From NCBI RefSeq assembly GCF_009914755.1, contig NC_060931.1: a stretch of DNA of 64,000 bases; one strand, written 5' to 3'. Numbering within the stretch: the first letter of the stretch is position 1; each line of letters starts with the position of its first letter. The notes beneath the pieces were generated by a model that did not search any database, had not been told where the DNA came from, and saw only the letters and a program-made list of their open reading frames with translations. Source of the stretch: the human T2T-CHM13v2.0 reference genome, Homo sapiens. Below are positions 12,859-25,771 of the stretch, in pieces. The position numbers were made by a program, and so were the translations under genes.

Positions 12859-14659
12859 GAATCTTGAGTGAAAATAAGGAGTCAGACATGCCAAGAGCAA
12901 AGGAAGAACACTGTAGGCCTAGAGAAGTATGTCAAAAGCCCTAAGAAGAGAAAGACTTTGGTGTGTTCACGTTTCAGAGAGTGGATCAGTGTTGGTTAGA
13001 TTGCAGTGAGCAGGGAGGTAATGGGCATACAATGCTGCTGGAAGGTAGGAGAGGCCAGATAATGTGGAGTTGTTTAGCTTGTAGCAAAGGGTATGGATTT
13101 AATTCTAATTGAAATCTCAATCTATAGATAACCTTTTAAGAATTGCATTGTCCTATAAAATATTGGTATCCAAAGTTGAATTACTTAATGATGAAGTGGG
13201 TGATAATATGGAGCTTTACTCTTTTTAAAAGCTTTATCTACAGTTTAGTTCAGAACATGCCTATATTAAAGAACTACTGATGGTTATGAAATTGTCTTGA
13301 AGATTCAAAGATAAGTATTTTCGAGATATGGGCATTGAAGATGGCAAACAACCTACTGACATAGGATATCCAAAGAGGGAGTGAGCGAATCAAGACATTT
13401 CATTTTAAGTCTTCTGTGAAAATAATTTTTACTATCTCTCAGGACTGATTTGCTTTGGAATACAGATGGGAAAACTCTTTTCTAGATGTGGCATGGTTTG
13501 TCATCCTCTGAAAATATGACTCTTTATACAATTGGTCTATAGCCAGTTTTTAGTGGAAAAGTCGTGACATCAGAATGCTCATGAGCCATAGCAGAGAGTC
13601 CCAGACTTCCTTATTAATTCTGAAAATGGTTCTTTAAGTGAGACTGGGTTTAAAATATGTTAGTGTCTTTGAATTTACCAGAAGATCTGAGCTACTGGTG
13701 CAAATCAATTCAACATAGTACCTCTCAGGGGTCACAAATCACTTGGGCCAGCTCGTGAAAAGGAGGGTCATGGTAACCTAGTCTCCAGAGAAACTACATT
13801 ACCTACCATTTTTCTTGCCAGAAAAAGCATAATTTATACTTTTAACATTATTAGTTGAAAAATAATGCAAACAAATTATGTAGCATAAAATTGTGGGAAA
13901 AAAATTGATAGTTACCAGAATAAGCAAATTGCTAAATTATGTAGACGATCTAGATTACAAAGCCCTACAACCTGCTTTACTGTAGAATTTGAAGTCATCA
14001 GCTTATAATATTGAACATCTACTTCAAACACAGAGTTTTAAGACTTACAAATTTCTATTTTTAAACGATGTAAACTTTTCAATATTCGTAGGGTAGTAAT
14101 TATTGTTTTGTGTTACTATTTTAAAAATACAAGCAACAAAAATGCAAGACTAAACTGTCAAAAAATACCAAAGTTTCAAGTTCGTATTTAGCAAAAGTCT
14201 TTTCTTATAATAGAGGGTCATTTTGTACATGAAGTGCAAGGGAGAATGAAAAGACACAGAAAGAGAGAAAGGCAGAGAGAGAGAGAGAGAGAAATCCTTT
14301 TTCATCCTTACCAAATTAGCTTGTGTTTATAAAGATGTCAAACCTTCATTTTACCCAATAAAACATTTTTGGTGTGGAAATGATGTTCCCCTCGTGAATT
14401 TGCATAAAAGTAAAATGATTTTTAAAATCCAGCTTTGTAAACCAATGTGGAACTATGATTGTTTTAAACCTTTAAACCAAAAGCAAGGCATGGTTTTTGT
14501 CTTAAATTTAGAATAAATTGAAAGCATACATTGATGTTCTTTGTTTCAAATACATTTTGGAACCCAGCAGACCACATTCAACCTAGTTAAATTATCTGAA
14601 TGGATTTGGGGAAAAGAGAAAGGAGCCTGTTCATTTTAATATACCTTCAGAAATATTTT

Positions 14660-15200
14660 ACTTCTTGATGATGACAGCAGCTCTTGCTGACAACTATTAA
14701 TACATTATAAACACCCCATCAGAGTTATATAAAAACATGTCAGTTTTAAAGAGAACATCTTTGACAGCAAATTTTCTGATTGTGAAACAGCTGTGCCTTC
14801 AGTACAATGCATTAAGTAGTTTATTCCTTTTAGATAGTTAAATTGTGCATGAAATGTTGCTGGCGCAAGGGCTCCAAATCTGGCCTGATTAGCGAACATC
14901 TGTTACATTGGAAAAATTCATGTCTACCCTAATTAGCTGTCAGGCTGATGTACATCAGGCCTGATGGTGAGGGATCCTGCGCTGTTTAAGTCAAACAGGT
15001 TCCTCTCCTCTCCTGTCACCTGCCCTTTCAAATCTCTTCCTTTCATGGGCTGCTGTAATTAGAGATAGTTGGACACACAATGGAGCAGGCTACGGTCAGT
15101 TACAGTCCCATCTGTGCAATATTTTTATTCCCACCAAACTTGGGAACCGATATATGAAGTAGTTCAACAGCAGCAAGGCTGTTAGATCTGTTAGGTCTAT
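14660..15200. promoter_or_regulatory. Candidate conserved non-coding element / enhancer 1
   Basis: Non-repetitive; TGACAG/CTGTCA at 14672, 14762, 14937, 15013; CTAATTAG 14929; E-boxes 14788, 14897. Conservation not verifiable here. Confidence 0.5.
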
Positions 15201-16109
15201 GACATTTGTTAATCTTGGCTCAAGATCGTTCTCTGAAAGTCTTAGGATCCTGGAGTCATCATCTTGTGGTGACTGAAGGGTAATCTACAGCTTCTGAGGA
15301 ATTGATCTTTGTTTCATTTGTTTTAAATAGGGATAGCGCTCAGGTGATTTTGAAATGTCGCAGTGTGCTGTAGAATGGCATGTTACTGTAAGATCAGGTA
15401 TTCAAAAGAAAAAGAAGCTCAGTGTTCTGCAGTGTCCAGACAACTGACTATAGACAGCTACAGGAGGCAACTGACACCAAAAGATCTGATTTTATTGGGT
15501 TTATTAGTCCAGTGTACACAAGGTTTTCCAATGTAAATAAAAACTTTCATTGACCTGTGGATGGGTACATATCATAACTTCCTGTTTGAACTGTTTACCT
15601 TTTTAGCAAACTGGAATGTGCGGTTTGATGCTTGAGCTGGTTAAATCTTCATTTGTTCAGTAACAGCCTTTCATGAAAGAGCTAGAGGGCCTGGGGCCAA
15701 ATTCAGACTCAACCTGAAAGATTAAGAATATATAAAATTACAACATTAGGTTTTATTAGAGTGTGATTTGACCAAGGAAGAATGAAAAACCAGCCTTTTT
15801 CTAACTTTGTATCATCCTTTCAAGATAATTCAAGTACAGGATTGTTATTCCCAAGCATACATGAGGTATAATTACAATGTACGCAAAATTTAGTAATTGA
15901 GGACATGCTTTATGAAATGCTTGATGCATGAAGTTATAAACAGGGAAACTCATTTACCCAGAGCATGCAGGATTTTTAGGTGAACTCAAGCACGATCTCG
16001 TTTAGAATTCTGAATGCTCTTGTTACAGCACTCCAACCAAACTGGACTTGAGCTGTCTAACCTAGGCGAGGTTCTTTCCTCCCTCCTTCTGTTTCTTCCT
16101 TCCTTCTTA

Positions 16110-16505
16110 TGCTTTTCCTTTCACCTCGAAGTACTTCCCCTGTCTATCCAAAGCTTACCGAATTAAACATTTAAGTATGATCTCAAACATCAAATATTCC
16201 ATACCACTATCAACTTGGTTTAAAGGAAAGGGCAAAGTTTATCAAAACCATTGCGTTCTGTACTATGGTTTCACATGCATTATCTACCTCTTCTACCAAC
16301 CATGGTGTTTTCATTTCTTTTATGGCACTTGTCTTTTATAAACTTTTATTTAAATATTTGTTTGCTATAGGGTACCCCTTATCTTTTATACTAGACTGTA
16401 AGCTCTTTGAAGAGAGCGACAATGATTATATATATATATATATATATATATCCCCCATAAAGCATAGTCCATAATAGGTGCTCAAAAAGGTTTGTTGAGT
16501 AAATA
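16110..16505 (+). mobile_element. L2 3' portion containing (TA)n at about 16427-16451
   Basis: ctagactgtaagctctttgaagagag...taggtgctcaaaaaggtttgttgagtaaat. Confidence 0.7.
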
Positions 16506-17449
16506 GAATTCGACTCAGATCAGAGCTATTGAAACATAGTGATACGCCTCCAGGGGAATGTGACCATTTTGACTAAGCTCTAGTGAATTACAGGGCCCCA
16601 TGGCCATCTCCAGCTGCCCGGAGACAGCCACCACAGGCTAGTTAGGGGCCACTAGAGGCTGGTTTAGAGATGTAAGGTATCTTGCAGGTATGAGGTGTTC
16701 TTGGGAATGTTCACCAGCATTCCACTAAAGTAAAGAATGGCCTAACTCCTCTCCACAGAGCCAGCAAGCGTTCCTGAAGCATTCAGAATTGTCTAATTTC
16801 ACCAGATGAATGATCCCTGAGGGATACCATGGATCCTGCTGGTCTAGGATTGGCTCCAGCTTTTTCTGGATCTGCATTTGCTGTGCAACCCTGCTCGGGG
16901 GCTGAGAGATGCTCTGGAGCTGTCTAGGCTGTGAGTCTGACTTCCTCCCCACTTCCCTCTCTGCTTTTCTATGACATCCTCTATGGTCTTCTACACTGGT
17001 TTCTAGGTTTATCAAGAATGAAGAATGTAGAAAATTCTTCCTTCTTAATTTTCTGCTTAATTTTGTGGAATTGCTTACAGAAACTAAGCAATTTACATTG
17101 TTTTAAACACATGCAAAACCTTCAAATTTTGTTCATTCTAGCTTGAAAAGTACTTTGTAATAATTGACCAAGAGACGATGAATTGCAATGTGATTTCATC
17201 CTGGCTTGAAAAATACCTTTTGAGGGATTTTTTTCTTTTTGATGATAATATTAAAAGTTTCCTGAATTTTATGGCACATTTTCAAATGTTTTAATACAGA
17301 TCTCCTCATTTGAATAGAGTAGCTATTTTTCATTTTTATCCATAGAAAACAACACAAACATAGATCATCTTGGATGCTTACCAGGTTAGATTTTCTGATC
17401 ATCATCATCATTCACAATAAAAACAACTACAGTCATAATAACCAATGAT

Positions 17450-17625
17450 TTTTATTTAAACATCTAGTATATGCTACTTCTAATGCAATATTTTTACTGC
17501 TCATAAACATTTCTGTAAGATTTTATTATCTCCATTTTACAGATGACAAAATTTGGACTCAGATTACGTGATTTGCCTTTGGCTACACAGCTAATAAATA
17601 TGAGAGCCAAAATTCAACCCATATT
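17450..17625 (-). mobile_element. MIR SINE
   Basis: ttattatctccattttacagatgacaaaa...ctacacagctaataaat...aaattcaaccca. Confidence 0.75.
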
Positions 17626-19689
17626 TTACCCCAAAGTGGTTGCACAACTGCCATTCGAGAAACTTTTTTTATATTTTTAAGTGCTTATGATTTTTAAATA
17701 AATATCATTATTTCATTGTCTTCTTAAAATACTTTGAGGGCTAAAAAACTTCTATTTGGCTAAGTGGCATTGCTCCCGAAGGGGTGCTATGATTTTTATG
17801 CATTTTGCCTGCTTGATGGTAGCAAGTGCAGTTGAGTAGTTTTACAAGAATTTACATCATCTTTTACTCATGTTATTATATTTGATGGGGCAAGTCTAAT
17901 TAATGTAAATACGTAGTTCAACCCAAACTAGTAAAGACTCTGAATCCTCCTCTCTGGGAAACTTTATCTTTAAAATCCAAGTCTCTGAGGTGTGAATTCC
18001 ATTAAATTCTAATTTATCTGTGAGGAATTAGGACTACAATAGTGACTTTGAAATACTTTTGATGATTCTAACACTATATGCTTTATGGTTAATACAGTTG
18101 CTGTGTGTGATTTTGACTAACTTAATAAATAAATTTGAAAGGCTTTTTCTGCAGTTAATAAAGAGTGATACAACAAAAATATTTACTATGCACTATGCCA
18201 GCAACTAAATTAACCAGTAATAATTGTTTTCGGTGGTACCAATCAAAGGCTGAGAAAAGAAAATCCCTCAGGTCATTATATTTATCAAAATTAACTATGG
18301 TTTCTGCCCATCCTCTTGTGTATCACTCCTTTAAACATCCTGAGTCACACACACACATACTTAAACACACACACATGCACACACGGGGGTGTGGGGAGCT
18401 AATTCTCAATGTTTGTTTCTCTGGAAGCGATCTTGCAAACTTTTGAGTGTTTTGTACTGGTGAGATAGCAAATCTCTTATTGCTATTCCTAGCCTATAAT
18501 TTACTCTCAAGACCGCTGATGCCATCCTTCCATGGAAGCATCCCTGTCATATTGTGGATGGCAACAAAAGGTCACTCCCTTCATGTAGCGACTTGTTCTT
18601 GGAGTCTGTCAGAGAACAGTTAGAAAATGCATGCATTTCTTCAGAAAATGGTTGCACACAGGCCACCTAAATCCAGAGAGAGAATTATTACATCCTTCTG
18701 TAAGCTTCACATTACAGAAAATGTAAACCCTTCTAAAAGGACTATGCCGCTCCCACAGAGGCTAACCCCTCTACTTTCAGCCAAGTAATGGACTTGTTTC
18801 TGAAGAGCCAACATGGCCAACATTGGGCCATAGTCCCCTGGACAATGCCCTCATTGCTTAGGGATAACCCTCATTGAGTGATTTAGATAATACTCTCTGA
18901 GACGCCAGCGGTAGGGAAATGCTTGCTGATGTTCTTCAAGATGATCATGAGAAGAGGCAGCCGATAAAACTCTTTCCCGGAGTTGATACTGTTGTTTGGT
19001 ACAAAGTAGCAGTGAGAAAAGTATGTGAGGGAAGTACCCCTTGACAGAATGAAGCACCATATTAGCAATGATTTGAGAGGGCATCTCAAGAAGAATCCCA
19101 GAGTCATGTGTCACCACAATACTTTGGGTCCCATTGTTACAGACAAATCTGAATGCTACACGTCAACTCTGAATTCCCTTTTGAGAAATTATTTTCTGTA
19201 GACCAGAAGGAATCAAAGATGAGCCCTGGGATACAGTAAAAGCTGTTACAAAACGGAGTTGCTATTTTCACAAGAGGCCTTTTCACTAATAAAAATCTTC
19301 ATAATAAAACTGTTTCCTCTTTACTATGAGTATCTCCCATACATGCATGTCTGATGCTCTTTCTTTGCTGGTATGGAAATCATGGTCTCTGAACTCAAGC
19401 AAGACAAGGACATTCACAAGGATAAATATCCAACCTTGTTCTTAAGCCAAAATGATGTCAATTCCCTCAAAACAGGAAGACCGGCCCTCACAGATACAGG
19501 CCTAAAATAACTCTCTCAGTCAGCCAATATAGAGATGAAAATTAAACTTAGATTTTCTGACACTCTATTCTTGTTCTCTCACCACGAGATCCTCCCAGTT
19601 CACTGAGAAATCATTAGGTTTACACTATAAGCCAATTCTCCTCAAGGCCTGACAAATTTATAGCTTCTTCAAACATGGGAACCAAAGCA

Positions 19690-20760
19690 GAAGTTATCAA
19701 TTATTTTCAGGGTGTCTAACTTTTAGCTGGGAATACATTGATATAGACATGTGATGGCATCTGTAATTCCAACCAGTCCTCAGGAGAATATCCACAGATG
19801 CCTTTTTGGAGCCTTCTCTAAGATAATGAAATAGGCTCTGGTCAGAGACACTGTACCTCACACTGTATAACAGCTTTCGACATAAATCTGGAGCATGATT
19901 TGCATTTGAAAGCACCAGATCAATATTTGAGGAGGGATTATTTTTTATCAACTTGGCTCTAATTCTCTGAAATATACAGTTATTTTTTAAATGTCAAGAC
20001 CAACTACACCCACACTGGCATGAAATAGCTTTGTCAAAAAAGTTGAAAAAAATTAAACGTAAATTTTGTGTTGACATAATCCAGGTTAAGTCTAAAAAAG
20101 AAAAATACTTACTTTTGTAAAATGAGAGGCTATTTTATCACTCAGAGAATGTCACATCAATTGTAAAGCCATCAGGCCCAAGGTTTGGTGGTGATTGCTT
20201 CATATTTACTGTTAGTCCAGCAACGGGGATGGTACTTTTACAGTCTTTGGACAGACTAGTGAGTGTGACATTTAAAGTGTTGATTTTTGCAGCACTTATG
20301 TTAATTGTTGTAATTTTCCTGATGAACCACCATTCTGGTTTCCTGATGCAGCCAAGATAGTTTTACATTTTCTATGCAGGGCCTCTTTGCCATTTGGTCT
20401 GTGTAGTGTCAGCTTCGAGTGCTACTGAAAGCAGACAAAATTGCAAGCAAATTGCATCAGATTGCCAACATTGTGAAAAGGTAAATTGCTTGCAAATCTA
20501 TTTAAACCACTGCCCTATTTTCATCAGCTTCAGTACTTGGTATTCATGATTGCTTAATTGGCGACCTTTCCTATTGTGTAGTGCTTTATGGTGTAATGGA
20601 AAGCGATCTTTACCAAACCAATTACCCTTTTTTTCTCAGCACTACATTATTGCTGTGATTGCAACTGCCAGTCCTTTGTAAATGAACTTTCTGATTTCAA
20701 TGATGTTTTTAAAATGTAAGATAGAAAAAAGTGGCATTCATATTGTGCGATGTTCTATTT
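19690..20760. promoter_or_regulatory. Candidate conserved non-coding element / enhancer 2
   Basis: About 1 kb unique sequence; octamer ATTTGCAT 19898, ATTGCATCA 20451, CATTGT 20469, TTAATTG 20301 and 20554, several TGACA/TGTCA. Confidence 0.5.
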
Positions 20761-21559
20761 TGAAGCCTCTTTGTAGTCACCATTGTCTGGGAAAATGGAC
20801 TGAAGGGTTACACAGTACCTACAAATATCCATGTAACTATTATTAATATTATTATAATGTCCTCCTTTGTACTGCAGCTCAATTAGGAAAGGATAGGAGA
20901 AATATTTTGTCACCCTGTCAAGTGCACAGGAAGTGCATTTGAGGCTTCTTTTTTGACACATACATTATCTCTAGTAATAAGATTCGTTTTAAGGAGTGGT
21001 GATGAAGATACAAAATCAATTTAAATAAAATTCACATTGCTAGTTTTATGGTCACTCAACATTTAAAGGGGAGCTTTAAATGACTCAAATATTCAGACTT
21101 AGAATAAAAGCTTAATTTTAAAAGAGATAGTTGTGAGCATACTAAGAAATAGTGAATTTTTAAGATCTTAGGTTCTGAATATACATGCCAAGACACAGCA
21201 AAACATGACTATTCTATAGTTCAAAGCTAAAAATACGTAAATACAGATATGTAGCCTGAATTGGAACAGAACTAAGACAGCTTTTAAAAACATTCTCTTA
21301 ATAAGATTCTATAAAATCAGCATCCACATGAATTCTCATAAAAATGGGGCATAGAACTCCATTGAATCCTGCTTACGTATTTTTGTGTGATTTAGAAAAT
21401 TATATCATTACTTATAAGTATATGTACAGAAAGGGAGCGACAAGTAATTTAGTCATTCTCTAATACTGTTAAGTGGAGATGGATGCATCTTTCCACCCCC
21501 TGCAGTTAGAAACTCTATTGTATGTGGGATATTTTGCAAAGATTTCTTTTACTCTCTTC

Positions 21560-21900
21560 TCTCATTTAATTAGGAAAAAAATGGAGTTCAGAAAAGGCTT
21601 GCCAATGATGATCAGGTGATTGTTGATTTTAGTACCTTTGATGTAATGTAATGATTTATTTATAGCACAGCAACTTATTCTTTGAAAGCAAACAAATGTG
21701 TTTATTATTTGCTGTTTGTAAAAGTGTTCATAACAAACAATTTCACGGTGATATTGAAGTCTAATACAGTTATTACTTTGTATCGGCAATATATATTCTT
21801 TTGGAAAATTAGACACATAATTCAATTGTCTGACTTTTAGTATAGTCAAGTATTTACAGGTGGGAGGATGACGTTTGTTCGGGTGTTTGTTAAAACATGG
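21560..21900. promoter_or_regulatory. Candidate enhancer with TCF/LEF and forkhead site cluster
   Basis: CCTTTGATG 21635, CTTTGAA 21680, TGATTTAT 21652, six forkhead-type words at 21687-21890. Confidence 0.4.
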
Positions 21901-22189
21901 GATTTTAAAAAAAGTGTCCTGTCAATTTGGAGCAGGACCCAGAAGAACTCTCACCTTGTGGAGGGCCTTTATATTAAATAACTTTTGTAGAAAGACTTTT
22001 AAGACAATTTTACTTTTCTTGGGGAATGGAGGGTAAGGGAGATCTGTGATGGGAGAAAACTCGTGGGCTGGCAGGAACCACAGTTATCACTGTCAGTGTT
22101 ACTGACAGAGGTTGGTGGTGAACTCTCACTCTCATCATTCATCTTTTCATCTTTCTAGATCAGTACCGAGCCCTGTGATGGTAACACAG

Positions 22190-22433
22190 ATAATAACCAC
22201 AGCATACATAGTCAGGGCTTACAATGTGCCAGGCACTATGCTAAGCCCTTTAACTACTGTGTCTCATTTAAAATCCTTCGAACATTCCTATTAGGACAAT
22301 AATATTATTCCCATTTTATAGATGAGGCAACTGAGGCTGAGGAGGTTTTGAGGCTGACACAGGGCCATGCAGCTAATATGAAACTGGGCTATGACCCTGT
22401 GCAGCCAGGCTCTAGAGCCCTGTGTTCTGCCAC
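22190..22433 (-). mobile_element. MIR (MIRb-like) SINE
   Basis: atgtgccaggcactatgctaag...attcccattttatagatgaggcaactgaggct. Confidence 0.85.
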
Positions 22434-22589
22434 CTAAAGAGCTCTGTTTCCCAGTTCCAAATTTCTCATTCTTAGGCTAAGAAAGACAGCCGATTGGCTA
22501 ACAAACACATAGAATCTAAATATCTGATTTTCAAGACTATTTTAAGTAGTTATTAAGAAAATAGAGAAGTGTGGCCAGAAGTCATTTGA

Positions 22590-22886
<297 letters not shown>

Positions 22887-23727
22887 AGTCATTTGATCTT
22901 TTATGCTTTTCATCTCTTTAGACTTGGTATAGTTTTGGCATTGATATTTATGTTTTATATGCAAAACTCTTAGAAACTCGGATGTTCTAATCAGCTTCTG
23001 CATGCACAAGGATGAATTCCTGTATATGTCAACTATCACAAAGAGTCCTGTAGATGGTCCTTCTCTTTCTCCTTTCTTTGGGAAGAGAAACTCTTGAATG
23101 CTGTCGGCATGGTAAATATCCAGTCCATCTTATCACCTCTGTTAAATAATGTACTTTGGAGTTTGTTATTTGAGTTTGTTGATGGGTGGGACCTTTTTGT
23201 TTTAGTTCAAAGCTCTTTCAAAGTAATGGCCGTAAGAATAGTTGTCAGATTTCTTCCTGTGAAAGAGGTAAAGAGGGCGGGGGCTGGAATGAGAGTGAGA
23301 GGGTGGGGGGGGTTGTTCCATTTCAAGGGATCTACAAGTAAATTACAGCATGAATGAAATATTTTTTGAGATTGCACATGAGGCATTTGTTGCACTGATT
23401 TAAGTGAAAGCCAAGGTGTTTTGCTTGGTATCCCAATGCTCATATTGCCATGGGCAACCAGTGCAGAGTTGAGCATACTCCTTCATGTTTTCAATGGTAG
23501 TTAACTCCATGCTCTTATCTCAGCAAGTCATATGTAAGGTCCAATAACCAAAATGTTAGGAAAACTTAGAAAAAAGCAAGAAGCTGGAGAACCCCTTTTA
23601 TTCCCATTTACTCAGACTCATATACCAATTTCTGGATTTATCCCAAAGATTAATTCAGGGGTGGGGGATGGTAGGGAGGAATTCTAGCCGAAGAATCACT
23701 TACGTAAAAATTCATTACGTAATTTAT

Positions 23728-24021
23728 GACCAGGTGCTGTGGCTCATGCCTGGATCCCCAGCACTTTGGGAGGCTGAGGTGGGAGGATTGCTTGAGCCCA
23801 GGAGTTTAAGACCAGCTTGGGCAACATGGTGAGACCCCATCTCCACAAAAATAAAAAAATTAGCCATTCATGGTGGTGTGCACGTATAGTCCCAGCTACT
23901 CCAGAGGCTGAGGTAAGAGAATTAACTAAGCCTGGGGAGGTCAAGGCTACAGTGAGCTGTGATCACGCCACTGCACTCCAGGCTAAGCGACGGAGTAAGA
24001 CCCTGTCTCAAGAAAAAAAAA
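23728..24021 (+). mobile_element. AluJ
   Basis: gaggattgcttgagcccaggagttt; ggtcaaggctacagtgagctgtgatc. Confidence 0.92.
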
Positions 24022-24684
24022 TATCATCACATTTTTATTTAGCAAACTCCCTGCACAGATTTAATATACTGTTTCATTTATGGACAAAAAAACTGTACTT
24101 AAAGTTTTCAGACTTCCCACAATTTTAGGAAATTACCTCTGTGTTGTTTCTTCTTTGCTGTAATACCACTACTGCAATTCCTTGTACTCCTGCGGGGTGT
24201 GGACCTGTAAGGATCATTTATTCTCTCAAATAATGTCCTCTTCATAATCAGCAGCATCCATTCACCCCAAACAGATGGAAGTTAAGGAACAACAAACAAG
24301 ATTGACCATACCGGTATTACTGACCCCTTATGGATATTAAACTATTAAAAAAAACTTTTATAATCCAACACACCTTTACCATTGATAATAATGATGGATG
24401 CTTACAAAGGAGAAATTCTCTGAGCTTTCTTGGCCTTAATTCCTTCTCTACATGAAAGTAAACTGTGAAACCCTTCCACATACACAAAAATAGCTAATCT
24501 CTTATTTCCAATTTATGAATTTTTTTTTTTACTGTGGTATACCCTCAGAAAGATCATAAAATTTAAGAGCAAATGGAAGTGGTACACTATAGAGGAGTCA
24601 CAGAATTTGTGGAATTGGATTTAAAATTCTGAGATAGTTAATTAGCTCTGTGTATTTTAGGGAGACTGTAACTACTTGATATAC

Positions 24685-25316
<632 letters not shown>

Positions 25317-25771
25317 TTAAGAAAGCCAACGAAGCGCTGTATTATCTTATCATTAAGAAGCTCCCAAATCCCTAAACATGCACAATAGAATTTCGAATTC
25401 TCCCTAGGCTTCTGGGTAGTCACTTAGTATTGTACATATCTGGCCTGGGAATTAGTATCATTCTTGTCTTTACAAATTTTTTTTTCAGTTGTTTTTTCAC
25501 AGTCAATGCAGAATTGCATTAACCTCAAATTGGTGGCAAATATTCTTGTCGATTATATAACAGTGTAGGAGATGGTATCACAATGTAGGGAAACTTCCAC
25601 CTTCATGATGCCAACAAGAGGCTATTGATGGAGAGCCCTACATAGAAAGGCCTTCTTTCTCCCTCTCAAGGTAGAATTTTCAAGGGCTCATCTTAGGTCA
25701 GCTGAACAGCGGACAAAGAAATGGTAAGACTGAGAAGAGAGAACAGTGTTCAAATCCAGAGAGATGAATCC

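Noticed and set aside
18625-18638. 14-bp palindrome aaatgcatgcattt (also gttcacgtgaac at 45388-45399)
   Set aside because: Isolated palindromes of this size are expected by chance in 64 kb
20319-20348. TGATGA...CTGA resembling C/D snoRNA boxes
   Set aside because: Boxes are only about 20 nt apart, with no terminal stem or guide-length region
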